From NCBI RefSeq assembly GCF_009914755.1, contig NC_060934.1: a DNA stretch of 64,000 nt; one strand, given 5' to 3'. Source of the DNA: the human T2T-CHM13v2.0 reference genome, Homo sapiens. The notes under the pieces were generated by a model that was given only the letters and a program-made list of their open reading frames with translations, was not told the origin of the DNA and searched no databases. The position numbers and the translations under genes are program-made. The number at the start of each line of letters is the position of its first letter. Position 1 is the first letter of the stretch. Positions 16,201 to 33,232 of this stretch are shown here, one piece after another.

Positions 16201-16793
16201 TTGCCACTTGTTTGATTTGTCATTATTGATGGTCTTGATATTTTTGGCTGCTGGCTCTCTTCCTTGTAGTTTTTGACCTACATACCAAAGAAAACTTTCA
16301 GTTGAATATGGCACCATAAAAGCAGAGTATTAATTTTAAAAAATTAAAACAGTTATTGAATTAATGAATTTCATGAATTATGAAAGCTGTTTATAAATAA
16401 TCTCATTTGTGTCTTTGCAACTCAAATAGCCAAAATCTTGGTAGGGTGGTGGTCATGGAAGTCAGAGTCTGCTAAGGAGTGTATAACAACTCACCTGCTG
16501 TATTAAAAACAAAAAAATCTTTTTGTGTTCAAGACTAAGCTTTAAACAATATAAGAGATATGGATATAAAACAAAATTTTATCTAATCAGTAATTCCATG
16601 CTTTATTCTCATAAAACATTATTACAACTTCTTAATTTCAGTCTGTTAAAGCTTGATTAATTATAAAATTGTAAAAATGTGTTGGCACCATCACATTGAC
16701 CTGCTCTTTGAAAATTAACCCTAATTCTATAAGAGTACCAATAAGAGAGTACAGTGATAGCTCTAATTATCTTGATATTAATAAATAAAGAGT

Positions 16794-17390
<597 letters not shown>

Positions 17391-18716
17391 AGAATACCAA
17401 TAAGAGAGTACAATGATAGTTCTAATTATCTTGATATTAATGAATATTAAGTATGTTTTCATTAAAACATTTTTAGTTCCTGAAATTTTGTGATTCAGAT
17501 TTCATATACACTTAGTCACTGATGCTTCACGAGTATACTTGTTTCTCTGTCTGAGGAAGATTGGCATGGGAAAACAGGGAAATATTGGTCAGCAGTGACA
17601 CTTGTTTTTCTAAGCAAAGTGGTTTTTCTCAACTTCCTGTTTTTCATTATTCTACATACTGAAGACCTTGGGGGATGATTTTAAGTAGAGAAAGCTGAGC
17701 AATTCAAGTTGTGATGTGATTTATCTAAAACTATAGGATTTATAGTTTGTTCTATACATGATCCAGTAATCAACTGGTTTCATTAGCTTTCTAGTTTTTT
17801 TCAGTTTTAGTTTTGTAAATGGAATAATTTAAAATAAATTAGGAAAACATCACTATTTTACTAAGTATTTTTTCACCTACTTTCCATTGTGCTAGGCATT
17901 AAAGAAAAGATAGTGTGCAGCTTTTTATATGTCAATTATACTTCAATAAAGCGGTTTAAGAAAAAGTAAAAGATACTGATTTTATTTATAAATGGAATCT
18001 TACTCTCCAATAGTGGCTTTTCAAAATCTTTGGACACATCTGCAGTTATTGAAAATAGAACCATTTTGTTTCCATGAATATCTATTTTATGAATATATAA
18101 ATTTTGTATTACCTTGGATTATGAGATCTGATCATATAGATTTAGGTAAGGAAAGTTAAAAGTTGTCTGGAGTTAGGGGTGAATTCCAAATGCAAATATA
18201 AATAAATTCAGAAGTATCCATACTACTTAACACAGAGTAACCTGGTATCTGAAGATTTTTTTTTTGTTTGCTATAAGGCAAGGGGAAAATCTCTTTAAAA
18301 GGGATTCACATTTATTTACTTGGCTTTTTAAGATAGCTACCAAGGTAAACAGTGAACTTTTGTAAGCAGTGTATACTGTTCTAAATATGAAGTGTATTTT
18401 CCCTTCTGATAGTGAATGAATTCCATTATGATTTTTTAATGTCAAAAATTAAATTATTTTGTCAGAATAACCCCTTAAATTTTTAAATGTTGTCTTATAA
18501 AAGTTAATTATATTGTGATATTTAAATGCTTGCCAATTTACGATTATGATGAGATGGAAGAAAATAAATAAATTATGCAATAGGCATGAACCTTCAAGGG
18601 TATTAGGACGTGCTCAGGATATGATCTTTGGTGCAGTGTAAAAATGTAATTTCTTAGTGAATAGGTCAATTTCCAAACCAGCAGGAAAGTTATAAGTATT
18701 TAAATGGAATGTGTAG

Positions 18717-19062
<346 letters not shown>

Positions 19063-19128
19063 TGGTATGCTCTTAAATTAATTGTTAATGCTGTGACTTA
19101 GCAGTTCTTTGAAATCATCAAGATCATA

Positions 19129-19410
<282 letters not shown>

Positions 19411-19840
19411 TCTTTTTTTTTTTTTTTTTGGTAAGAATGAGCTAAGAACTGGATATCTGTAAAGCTAATAGAAAAAAATCCTGTGAAGCAAAAAGTCAAA
19501 ATTGAAATAAGCTAGGACTGACAGCAAGGTTAAATGCTTATTTTTTTTTAGTGTTCATAAATAAGGTACAGTTTTAAAAATATCATAAACATTTTTATGA
19601 TCCTATTCTCAGGGCCCGGTTTTTTTTGTATCTTTAAAATTATAGTATTTTGATTCTAGAAATGAACCCTTGAACCAATATCCGTATTTTATCATGAATA
19701 AGGTGAGAGTAACATTGATAAAATGACTTGCTATAGTTTACATTGCTACTTAAGGACAGTACTAGACCAGAAACCAAGTCTCCTGAGTCCCATTTAAGTG
19801 CTGTTTTTGTCACACCAAGCAGTTCTCTAAGTATATAGTC

Positions 19841-20394
<554 letters not shown>

Positions 20395-20828
20395 TAACGG
20401 ATCACAGAGAACTCATTAGTTAATTAAATCAGTTTCACAGTATTGTGTTTTGGTTTTGGAAATCACTTCAGACCTATAACCAATATTGAGTGAGTTGAAA
20501 AGAATTAATTACTTCCAAATACAAGGCACTTTACATTCTTCTAAGGAGAGGATGCAACACAAAGCTATTTGGTCAGCTTGATACAAAAGCTCTTAGGTGT
20601 GCTCATGAAGTAAGTCAAATGTATACATTTTACAACCACATATTAAATAGAATTAGTTTTTTCTTTTTCCTTCCCATTTCTTTGAACAGTCTTATTCAGA
20701 ATCTTCATCATTAGCAACTTTGTCATCATTGGAGCCCTTTTCTCTAGAACACATCAGCCTCTTTCTATGTATGATATTTTCGCTGGAAATTTTATCCTGA
20801 GCTATAAATGCCTCTCATGTAAGAAAAG

Positions 20829-21129
20829 TTTTTTTTTTGTTTTTTTTTTGAGACAAGATCTAACTCTGTTGCCCAGGTTGGAGTGCAGTGGCGTGATCAT
20901 GACTCACTGCAGCCTTGACCTTGTGGGCTTAAGCAATCCTCCCATCAGCCTCCTGAGTATCTGGGACTACCACTGTGCACCACCACACCTGGCTAATTTT
21001 TGTATTTTTTGTTGAGATGGGGTCTTGCCATGTTGTCCAGGCTGGTCTTGAGCTCCTGGGCTCAAGTGATATGTCTGCCTTGGCCTCCCAAAGGGCTGGG
21101 ATTACAGGTGTGAGCCACCATGCCTGGCC
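20829..21129 (-). mobile_element. AluJ
   Basis: TSD aagaaaagttttttt. Confidence 0.88.
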
Positions 21130-21600
21130 AAGAAAAGTTTTTTTTAAAGTTTATTTTTGTATGTAGTCATAATACTTGTAAGGTAACCTTTTCACTGTAT
21201 TGCTTTTTAAACTAAGGTTTAAATAGTTCATTGTAATAAGAGTTACAGTTTGTGCTTATAAGGCTGCATCTCCAGGAGTAAGTACTAAATCTGTGTTAGA
21301 TTTCTTTGCTGCTTTTTTTTGTTTGTCTTTTTTTTTTTCTTTTACTGATATGGTCAGGTGGTCAGGTTACTTCCGTAAGGATCCAAAACTAGAGTTGATT
21401 GAGATCATTTCAGGCTTATACATAATCTACAAATGATTCTCAACCAATTGAGATCTGAGTTCACCTCTTTTGCTGAACTTTTAATTGTGATCTTACTGTA
21501 AAATTCTAGGATCTCATAACTTCTATGAAATTTTTATACCTGGATTATAAAACTTCGGAAAGATTTGCTTAAATATTTTGTTGCTTAAAAGAAAATAATT

Positions 21601-22288
<688 letters not shown>

Positions 22289-23667
22289 TATAAGGAATAA
22301 TTTTGTGATTAAACATGGTCTTATATTCATGAACGATAGGTGAATGAAAAATGTGTGTTATTGGTGGTAAAATCTTAAAATCCTTAAAGAATTAATTTAA
22401 ATTGCTACCTTCTACTTATGAAGCACTATATGGTGCCCTGGACTTAGCATTAGAAGAAACTTAGTTTATGTATGAGTTTTGCCATAGGCTGTAGTCTTGG
22501 GGTATTAGTTAGAATTCAATGCCACTATGATATTAAGAAATTTATTACAGGAATTAAATCTTATTCAATCATGAGAAAAACTGGGGATATTAAGGTCCCT
22601 AAAATGTGAGAGAAAAATCGCTAAACTGCCTTTTGATGTAGGTTAATGAATTGCGTGTTCTGTTAATAGGGAAACTGTGAAGGAGGTTCGTGTGTTGTGG
22701 GCTCTTTGCAACTACCACCTTTATGGGCCTTTAGTGAAAAATCTGGTGATAGGCTTGGTCCTGGTAGTTGTGGACGTAAGGTAGAGTGGGGATGAGTAAG
22801 GACAGATTACAGTTCTGCCCATACCTTTGTGTCTGTCCTTCCTGCCTCTAAACAATGACTGCCTTTGGAATGTAATGGCTACTGCTTCAATTGCATCCCC
22901 TAAATTTTTTGCAAATTTCTCTTGTGACATATCTTAAGCTGAAACCATATAGGAGAGGAAATTAGGGGAAGTGTACTCCTTCTTGACATAGTTTAATACC
23001 TTAACTTTGTTTAATCACTTAGTCTTCCAAACTTAAGTTCCTCCGATATCATTTTGGGTTTAGATTAGTGCTTTTCTGTCATTGTCCATTAAACAAATGA
23101 TTTCTTTCATTACCTACTTCTCTTTTAGTCTGTTCAGTGATCCCTCTGGGTATAGCTTCTGAATTTCTAGCATAAAACTCTTCAACAATAACAAAAAAGG
23201 ATAATGATCTTTCCTGTCAATTTTTAGGGGGAAGGATAAGGTGTTTCCTAGAAACTTTATTCAGAGCACTTTAGTCAAAGTGTAGTTCATTGATCCTTAA
23301 CTGCAATTTACTTGACAAGATATATTTATGGGATGAAATTTATTGAGGGTAACAGAATGGAGAGAGAAACTGCTGGTGTGATGAATTCTCTTTCTTCTTG
23401 GTCTACAACAAACAGAAATATTTTGAGAATGTAGCTATGGCAGATTTTAATGTAAGAGTTATGCCAACACTATTTCCCCTTAAGGGTTGAGTCAGACCTT
23501 TTGGGAATGATATAGACTTGGGGGTCTTGAGTGAACTTTTAGTATTTATTAGCAGCCAATCTAACCTTGAAAACTCTATGTTGATTTCTTTTTGGAAAGT
23601 GTTGAACAATTAAATAATACATGTTAAAGAACAAGGAAGAAGGGCATTGTTTTAATTATTTTGTGAT

Positions 23668-23752
23668 CTAATTTAATCCCCACAGCAACTCTGTGAAGCA
23701 GATATTGTAATCATTCCCATTTTACAGATGAGGAAGAGACTTCGTAACTTGG
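23668..23752 (-). mobile_element. MIR fragment
   Basis: cccattttacagatgagga core. Confidence 0.6.
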
Positions 23753-24702
23753 TTTATATAAGAAAAGGATAGAACTGTTTAGATCTTTTTGATTGCTTTC
23801 CATTTTGTATAAGTTCAGTGACTTAGGAACCTTTTTTAAAAAACTTCTTTGGAGGAGTGATATTGTTCATTATGAACATACCTACTTGAAAAGTATTTAA
23901 AGGTATTTTTCATGGAAATTATATTTTATAAGTTTTAGTATGGTTCACTAGAAATACGTCACAATTTGTAGGTAATACTGTGTTTTATTTTGAGTTGGCT
24001 AATTGTTAAGGTAAAACTTTAGAGGATAAAGTGAGCTCATATTGATGAATGGTAATCTGATATTTCCAACAGACTAGGTCTTTTTTTGAAGTTCATGTAT
24101 TATAACTTTATTCTTTGTGATACTAGCTCCCTCTGTAGAACTTCAATAAGATTGCAACTGGACTTTTTCAATAATTTAGAAAAGTGATCTAAACATTATC
24201 TATAACATTTCCCTGTAAAATTTTACTTTGTATTCTAATCAGTTGCAAGTGGGTTTTTAAAAGTATAAATGTAACATTTATAAAAATGTTTCACTTTGTA
24301 CACACAAAGTTTTAATAACATATACAAAATAAAACTTTCTTCAAACATTCCTATAACTTTAATGCTTTTTTATTTAGGAAGGCTAGAGAGAGGTGTGATT
24401 TCTAGGTCTGTAGGTCTGTGTTGAGTAAAGCCTGATGGAAGCCCTAGGGGAAAAATAAATTTTGACGTTTAGCTGGATACTTGAAATTATCCCTTTTTTT
24501 TTTTTTTTTTCTGAAACTTTCCGGTTTGACTTGGGTGGGAAAATGTTCATAAGGGATTTTTTTTTTTTATCTTGTAGAGAAGGGGAAAGCAAACTTCTAC
24601 AACAGGTAGAAAGAGCAAAGAGAAAATCTTAGCAAGATCCAGAAATTTAGTGGAGAATTGCAGGAAAACATTCTTGACATTTACGGTTTAAAAAAATTTT
24701 CC

Positions 24703-24968
24703 TTTTTCTTTTTTTCTTAAGAGGTGGTCTCACTCTGTCGCCTAGACTGGAGTTGAGTGGCATGATCATAGTGATCGTTCCACCTCAGCCTCCTAAGTAG
24801 CTGGGACTACAGGTATGTGCCACCACGCCTGGCTCCTTTTTGTATTTTTAGTAGAGATGGGGTTTTGCCATGTTGCCCAGGCTGGTCTTGAGCTCCTGGA
24901 CTCAAGTGGTCTGCCTACCTCAGCCTCCCAAAGTGTTAGGATTACGGGCGTGAGCCACTGCACCCTGC
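24703..24968 (-). mobile_element. AluJ with deletion
   Basis: Reverse Alu. Confidence 0.82.
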
Positions 24969-25091
24969 TCACATATATGAGTTCTATGAGTTTATGCTGT
25001 TGTTGGAAAATCCTTTGTTATCAAAGTCTACCAATTTTCCTGTGTGGGAGTGAGCTTACTTATTTTACCACCACTTTTTCTCCTTTCTTTC

Positions 25092-25463
25092 TGCTATGGT
25101 TTGAATGTTTGTCCCCTCCAAAACTAATGTTGAAATTTAATTGCCATTGTAACAGTAATAAGAGGTGGAGGCCTTTAAGAGGTGATTAGATCATGGGGCT
25201 CTACCTTCATGAGTGCATTAATGCAGGAGTGGGTTAGTTATCTCTTAGAGGGTTGTTATAAAGTGAGTCTGGCCCCTCAAGCACTTGCTTGCTGTTTGCC
25301 TTCTGCCATGGGATAATGCAGCAAGAAGTTGCTGAGCAGAAGCTGGCACCATACTCTAGGACTTCCCAGCCTTCAGAACTGAGAAACATATTAATGTTTC
25401 TTTCCTTTATAAATTACCCAATCTCAGGTTTCTGTTAAAAGCCGTAGCAATCAAACTAAGACA
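25092..25463 (+). mobile_element. MST-family (ERVL-MaLR) solo LTR
   Basis: tgctatggtttgaatgtttgtcccctcc...aaactaagaca termini. Confidence 0.8.
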
Positions 25464-26022
25464 CTCCCCTAAACCATTTTATATTAAATTGTAAGTTGTA
25501 TAATTAGCTCTTCAAAGATGTTTTCTCAGACATAATGTAAGCTCAATGAAGGCAGAGGAAATATGATTGACTTGCAACATGGAATTTAGAAAAATGAGCG
25601 AACTGATTTCAACCATAAAGCTAGGGACTAAAACATACAAATGAGGATAAGAAAGAACTGAAGTACATATGCTCTTTCAGTTTCTAAAAATTTAACTGTA
25701 TTTTCTTCTAAGTAGATTGAAGGATGTTCTTAGGATTATGCTTGAGTAGGCTTTTAAACAATTTTGTGTGGATAATTATCTTTGAAGCCTTTGTTAGTAC
25801 TAAACATCTTTATTCTGTTATAATACAGTTTATTCAAACAGACGTACAGTGTGTATTGTGGCACAAAGAAATTCAAGAATGATTCTTATTCTTTTTGTTT
25901 GTTGGCCTTGACTAAATTTGATATCAGATAATTGCTTTAAAGGATAGGCCAATTTTATTGGTATAACAAATCTACCCTTCATTATCCATAAACCACTTAT
26001 ATAGTAATCTGGTTTTCCTATA

Positions 26023-27182
26023 CAGGCACACCTTGGAGATATTGGGGGTTTGGTTCTAGACTATCACAATAAAGTGAATATCACAATAAAGAGAAATACA
26101 TGAAGATTATATTCCCCAGTGCATATAAAAGTTGTGGTGATATCACACTGTAATCTATTGTATACAATAACATTGTGTATAAAAAATGTATATGCCTTAA
26201 TTTAATGTAATCTATTGTATACAATAACATTGTATATAAAAATGTATATTCCTTAATCCATAAAAATACTTTATGGATGAAAATGCTAACAATCATCTGA
26301 GCCTTTAGCAAGTTACAATCATTTTGCTGGTGGAGGGTCTTGCCTCAGTGTTGATGGCTACTGACTGATCAGGATGTTGGTTGCTGAAGGTTGGAGTGTC
26401 TGTGGCAATTTCTTAAAATAAGACAATAATGAAGTTTGCTGTGTCAGAGCCTTCCTTTCATGAAAAATTTCTCTGTAATATGCAATGCTGTCTGATAGCA
26501 TGTTACCCACAGTAGAATTTGGAAAATTGGAGTCAGTCCTCTCAAACCATGCTGTTACTTTATCAACTTAAGTTTATGGAATATTCAAAATTCTTTGTTG
26601 TCATTTCAGTAGTGTTCACAGCATCTTCACCGGGAGTACATTCCATCTTAGGAAACCACTTTTTTTGCTCATCTATAAGAAGCAACTCCCTGTCCATTCA
26701 AGTTTTATCATGAGATTGCAACATTTCAGTATCCATCTTCAGGCTCCACTTCCAATTCTAGTTCTCTTGCTATTTCTACCACATCTGCAGTGACTTCTTC
26801 CCTGAAGTCTTGAAGCGCTCAAAGTCATCCACAAGGGCTGGAATTCACTTCTTCCAAACTCCTGTTAATGTTGATGTTTTGACCTCCTCCCATGAATCAC
26901 GAATGTTCTTAATGGCATCTAGAATGATGAATACGTTGCAGGAGGTTTTCATTTTAGTTTGTCTGATCCATCAGAGGAATCACGGTCTATGGCAGCTATA
27001 GTCTTGCAAAATATATTTCTTAAATAATAAGACTTGAAAGTCAAAATTACTTCTTGATTTGGGGGTTGCAGAATGAATGTTGTATTAGCAGCCATGAAAA
27101 CAGCATTCATCTCCTTATACATCTCCATCAGAGCACTTGGGTGACTGGGTGCATCATCAATGAGCAGAAATATTTTAAAAGG
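26023..27182 (-). mobile_element. Tigger1 (3' TIR plus part of transposase region)
   Basis: ta|caggcacaccttggagatattg TIR and continuous Tigger1-like body; stops at an Alu. Confidence 0.85.
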
Positions 27183-27472
<290 letters not shown>

Positions 27473-27523
27473 GCCTAGCCTCCCAAAGTGCCAGGATTAC
27501 AGGCATGAGCCACCGCGCCTGTC
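27473..27523 (-). mobile_element. Alu 5'-end fragment (~50 bp)
   Basis: gcctcccaaagtgccaggattacaggcatgagccaccgcgcctg. Confidence 0.85.
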
Positions 27524-27529
27524 TGTCCG

Positions 27530-27745
27530 CCCGTCTTCTTTTTTAAGAGCAAGAAAAGGTTTCCCAGAAGTACTCTGGTAGATTCTTATCACACACACAT
27601 TCCTAAACCAGTTACTGGCAAAGAAAATAGAATTATCATGATTAATTAGCATATTCTGAAGTACATGCTTCCTTATAACTGAACAAAAATTAGAGCTCCA
27701 CTGGCAACGCGGAAATGGCTGTTGACTTGGCAACTAATAGTGAAT
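27530..27745. mobile_element. MLT1-like MaLR fragment
   Basis: tttcccagaag...attcctaaaccagttactggcaa resembles old MLT1 LTRs. Confidence 0.4.
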
Positions 27746-28190
27746 TGCTCACAATGTTTAAGTGAAATGGCCTGTCAGATTTCCTGGGAACACAGGAACC
27801 AGGGCCAGACTTAGAAACGGCCTCAGTAAGAGGTTTTCTAAAACTATTTTCTGGTATCGTAATTATTCCTAATTACCTTGTGCACTAAAAAAATTTAAAA
27901 ATTTTAAATTTAGAATTTTAAACACATTTCCTGACAGTAACCAAGATATAAAAATGTGTAAAATTGAGTGAATATATTTTAAAGCATGGAAGATTTGTGT
28001 TACCCTCAGACTTGAAAGGGAACCTGCAAAGTTATGGTCTCATGGGAAATATTGTTTCTTTTTGCCTTGACATAATTTTCAGGCTCTTTGGTTTTATTCT
28101 AAGCAACCCAGCAGGGCACCTTTAAAAAGAAACAAACAAAATTACTGTCTCTAAACCAAAGAAGATAGAAAAATACATTCAGGAGAATAG

Positions 28191-28416
<226 letters not shown>

Positions 28417-28794
28417 AGTACTTTTTAACTGAGAAGAGATGCTGTAAAGTTTTAGGAAATCACAGTGGGGACAGTAGTCATACTTCTACTTTCTTCTGAA
28501 TATAATATTGTTTCTTTTTTCTCCTGCAGTTACTTATTTTTTTTTTCTTTTTGCTTTAAGGCTTGGTAGTTCTGAGAATTTTAGATTCAGTTATAATCGA
28601 ATGTAACTATCAACACATGTTATGGAGTAGTATAAATTGTTACTTGATGTTTGGAGTTGTTTTACTCAGTCACTCAGCAAAGGTAAGATTAGATCTCCAT
28701 TAGATGAAAAGTATTATCTCTTATGCAAAGAGACATTGGTTAGCTCTGGATGAAGACAATGGCTATGGGGTCAGTCAACCTTGTAGAAAGAATA

Positions 28795-29101
28795 GGCTAG
28801 GCACAGTGGCTCATGCCTGTAATCCCACCACTTTGGGGTGGTCGAAGCCAGTGGATCACTTGAGCCCAGCAGTTCGAGACCAAACTCGGCAACATAGTGA
28901 GAGCCCCCTCTCTACAAAAAATTTGAAAATTAGCCAGGGCATGGTGGTGTGTACCTCTGGTACTAGCTATCAGGAGGCTGAGGTGGGAGGATCTCTTGAC
29001 CTGGGGAGGTTGAGTCTGCATGCAGTGAGCCATGATTGCGCCACTGGACTCCAGCCTGGGTGAGAAAGTGAGACCTTGTCTCAAAAAAAAAAAAAAAAAA
29101 A
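28795..29101 (+). mobile_element. AluJ
   Basis: Full Alu with A-tail. Confidence 0.87.
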
Positions 29102-29374
29102 GACACAATAAAAGTAAAATTGTATAATCTCTGGAAAAAACAAAATAGGCTGTCATGTTCTAATACTCAATATGTAAGGATGTTTAGTATATTAGTGGGT
29201 ATAATTATTAATAAAATATTCTATTTAGTTATCTTTGAACCAGTTTGTAATAACCAAACCACAAAAATTCAATTTGCTTTGTATGTAAAAATCTTTTAAA
29301 ATAGAAAGTCCTGCCTTAACTTTCATAAATCTGAATGTGAGCATATATTTATGCTTTTCATTTCTTTGCACAGC

Positions 29375-29590
29375 TTTTTTTTTTTTTCCTCTAAGACAGA
29401 GTCTCACTCTGTCACTCAGGCTGGAGTATAGTGGCACGATCTGAGCTCACTGCAACCTCTACCTCCCAGGTTCAAGTGATTCTTGTCCATCAGCCTCCCA
29501 AGTAGCTGGGATTACAGGTGTGCAACACCATACCTGGTTAATTTTTGTATTTTTAGCAGAGACAGGGTTTCGCCATGTTGTCCAGGCTGG
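29375..29590 (-). mobile_element. 5'-truncated AluS
   Basis: TSD tgcacagc. Confidence 0.87.
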
Positions 29591-29728
29591 TGCACAGCAT
29601 TTTGTTGTTGATGTGTGAGACTTGTAATATAACAGTAATAATGCTGTCATTTCTTAAAGATGATATATAATCCTATCAAAATATTCCTGGGAAGTAGGTA
29701 TTTGTCAGCCTGTCAGTGTTTTCCTTTT

Positions 29729-29732
<4 letters not shown>

Positions 29733-29772
<40 letters not shown>

Positions 29773-29787
29773 TGTGTGTGTGTGTGT
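29733..29787 (+). repeat. (TG)n microsatellite
   Basis: TG run with one TC interruption. Confidence 0.97.
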
Positions 29788-30564
29788 TTTAGTACATTCT
29801 CCCAGATGCTGAAATTTTCCCTTTAAACTGTTACTATGATGTATGTCTTATTTCTTTCTCTTTTTTGGTCCTAATTATGCTCTCAGGAGTTAAGACAGTA
29901 TAAAATTATGTTTTTTAAAGGAAACTTCATCAAATACTTGGAAATTAGCAAATATTTTTTAGAGGTAGAAACTGTCATTTATATTCCTAAGACTTGTAGG
30001 CCATTGTATTTGTTGACTGACTGATTTGACTGAGAACCTAGTGTGTGATAACGTGTCACTGTTTCTGTCAACTTATATAATTGAGGGTCTTTTTAATTGT
30101 TCTTACCTTAGACCACTATATACTTGTGGTCTTATAAAGTATATTTGAAAATTATATGCATTTTCATGTTTTGTCTGGGCCTGGGAAAAATATTTATTTT
30201 AAAACTGTAACATCTTAACCTTTAAAACCCATTGTCAGTTATTTGGAAAAATTAGTATTATATGATATGAAGCACTTCTTTTTATTGCTGATTTCAGGTT
30301 TCACTATCTGGGAAACTCCGGTGTGGAGACATAGGTCTGTTAACTGTCTTCTTTGTTTTATCTGGAATGTTTTATTGATACTATAAAACAAAACTTATCA
30401 GTAAGACTGATTTGGAATTCATATTGTTTGACAGCATTATCACTGTCAATAATTATCCATTGTCAGTATTTGTAAAGCAGAATAAAAGAAGCCATTATTT
30501 AAGTTTAATTCCTGAGATGATTCAGCATACGGTGTAATGTCAATCTGTGGGAATTTTATTTTAA

Positions 30565-31077
<513 letters not shown>

Positions 31078-31087
31078 TAATTGATTG

Positions 31088-31233
31088 ATTGAGACAAGGC
31101 CTTGCTCTGTCTCCCAGGCTGGAGTGCAGTGATGCAATCATAGTTCACAGCAGCCTGCAGCTCCTGGCCTCAAGTGATCCTCCTGCCTGAGCCTCTTGAG
31201 TAGTTGGGACTATAGCTTGTGCTACTGCTCCCA
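31088..31233 (-). mobile_element. Alu right monomer (AluJ/FRAM)
   Basis: Single arm. Confidence 0.75.
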
Positions 31234-31917
31234 GAAGTCTCTTATTTAATCTGTCTCTTCTAAAGTATAGATGTATAGTTCATACCTTTAGAAATTTCTG
31301 AGTTTTTATGGTGGTTCTGCAAATAAACCTGTTTGCTTCTTATTTCTGCCTTCCCTTCCTTCTGAGCCTTTGGTTTTTGATTTTCTCTTATATGCTGGTT
31401 CAGCTATCCTTGTTTCTGTTGCTTTAAAGCCTTCAACATATTATGAACATTTTCCACCAAACATATTGTTCTTATGAGTACATCGTAATTTTAGGGCAAG
31501 AAGCAGAGATGAACTTTGCTTTAACTCTTTTGTGTTGAAGTATGCTAATGGCAAGCATGTTTTTTAAATATAAAAGTTGTACAAGTTGAGATGTTTAATT
31601 CCTTTACTTTAAGAAAAAGCATCATAATTAGAAGGGAGAATTGCTGTTATCTGGAAGGTGTTCAGACAGTTGGGGGAGAAAAAAACAACCAAAACAGCTG
31701 CAGTGTAATTTCCATAAGGGAATGGGCTTATATCTTTGTTTATTTGTGTTTGTTTTCCATTGTACACTCAGTGCCTAGCACGGGGTAACACAGTATGTGA
31801 TTAACCAACAGTTATTGGAAAAATATATTTTAGTGTGTTATTTTAGATAATTAAAAGTACATTTAGGAAATATGCAACCTTTTTGTTTGGCTTTATTAAT
31901 CAGCTTTAAAATGCTGA

Positions 31918-32754
31918 TGATAGAAGCAGGAGGCAGAGAAATTATAGGCAAATAGGGGTGGGTCCCTGGTGAAACCCCACCTCCAAGGTGAAAAGCTTGA
32001 AACCAGCAGCCCAAAGTGAGAACTTCTATTCCTGTTTGCCTGCACTGTCCTGATTGGTTCTTTCTGAATAATGTCTTTTTACCAATTGAATGTTGCCTTT
32101 TCCAAAGCTACCTATGGCCTGCCCCACCCGCATCCTGTGCCTGTAAAGCCCCGGACTCAGTAGGTAGAGAGGAGAGATTCTGCCAGACTTTCGGGAAAAG
32201 AGATGGCTTGACTTCGGGGAAGAGACTACTGCTGTACTTCAGGGAAGACCACCTACTCTTCCCGTCCCCTCTCCAGCTCCCCTCTCCACTGAGAGCCATT
32301 TCCACCGCTCAGTAAAATTCTCCACCTTCACCATCCTTCAAGTGTCTGCATCACTTCCTTCTTCTTGGATACTGGACAAGAACTCAGAACCCACGGAGTG
32401 CAGGTACCCAAAAAGGCTGTCATACTGGCCCTTTGCCCTCGCTGGCGGAGGGCAGCCACCCCACGCAATGTGGTAAGGGACCAACTGAGCTGTTAACATG
32501 CACACAGACAGACGGCAGAGCTAAAAGACCACTGTAACACTTTCTCTGGGGTTTTGGGGTCGTGGGCACCCTCACCTGGGTGCTGCTGTGGGACCTGCAT
32601 GGAGCTTTCTCTCGCTGGCTCCTGGAGCAGCCGGCCAGGTCCTGCACTCTCTTGCTAACATGCTCCCTCCTGCAGGGGGTTGAGTGCTGTGGCGTGAGTA
32701 AACTGTCGCCCTTGTTGCAAGTCCAATGAAGGGACCAAGAAAAATCCTGCATCA
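31918..32754 (+). mobile_element. ERV1-class solo LTR (LTR27/MER52-group-like)
   Basis: TG...CA termini, perfect 4-bp TSD ctga (31914-31917, 32755-32758), CCAAT and GC boxes, GC-rich. Confidence 0.85.
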
Positions 32755-32968
32755 CTGATATGAAATGTACCAAATTAAGTAACATCATCTTATTTCTTCT
32801 GATTTTGTTTTCAGTTTGTTTATATTCCTTTCCATAGGTATTATGTGTCTGTTTTAGTTCATAAAATTGTGGCCTAATTTATATTTTGACCATTATTCAG
32901 CACACTGTTAGTACTCAGGACTAATTTCAGTTGCTTATTTAGACACATCGAAATAAATCACATTTTAA

Positions 32969-33232
32969 GGCTGGGCGCAGTGGCTCCTGCCTGTAATCCC
33001 AGCACTTTGGGAGGTTGAGGCCAGGAGTTCGAGACCAGCCTGGGCAATATGGTGAAATCCCGTCTCTACTAACAATACAAAAGTTAGCTGGGCATGGTGG
33101 TGCACACTTGTGGTCCCAGCTACTTGGGACTCTGAGGCACGGAAATCGCTTGAACCCAGGAGTCAGAGGTTGCAGTGAGCCATCACGCCACACTGCATTC
33201 CAGCCTGAGTGAGATTACGTCTCAAAAAAAAT
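32969..33232 (+). mobile_element. Alu with left-arm deletion
   Basis: gggaggttgaggccaggagttc junction. Confidence 0.85.
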
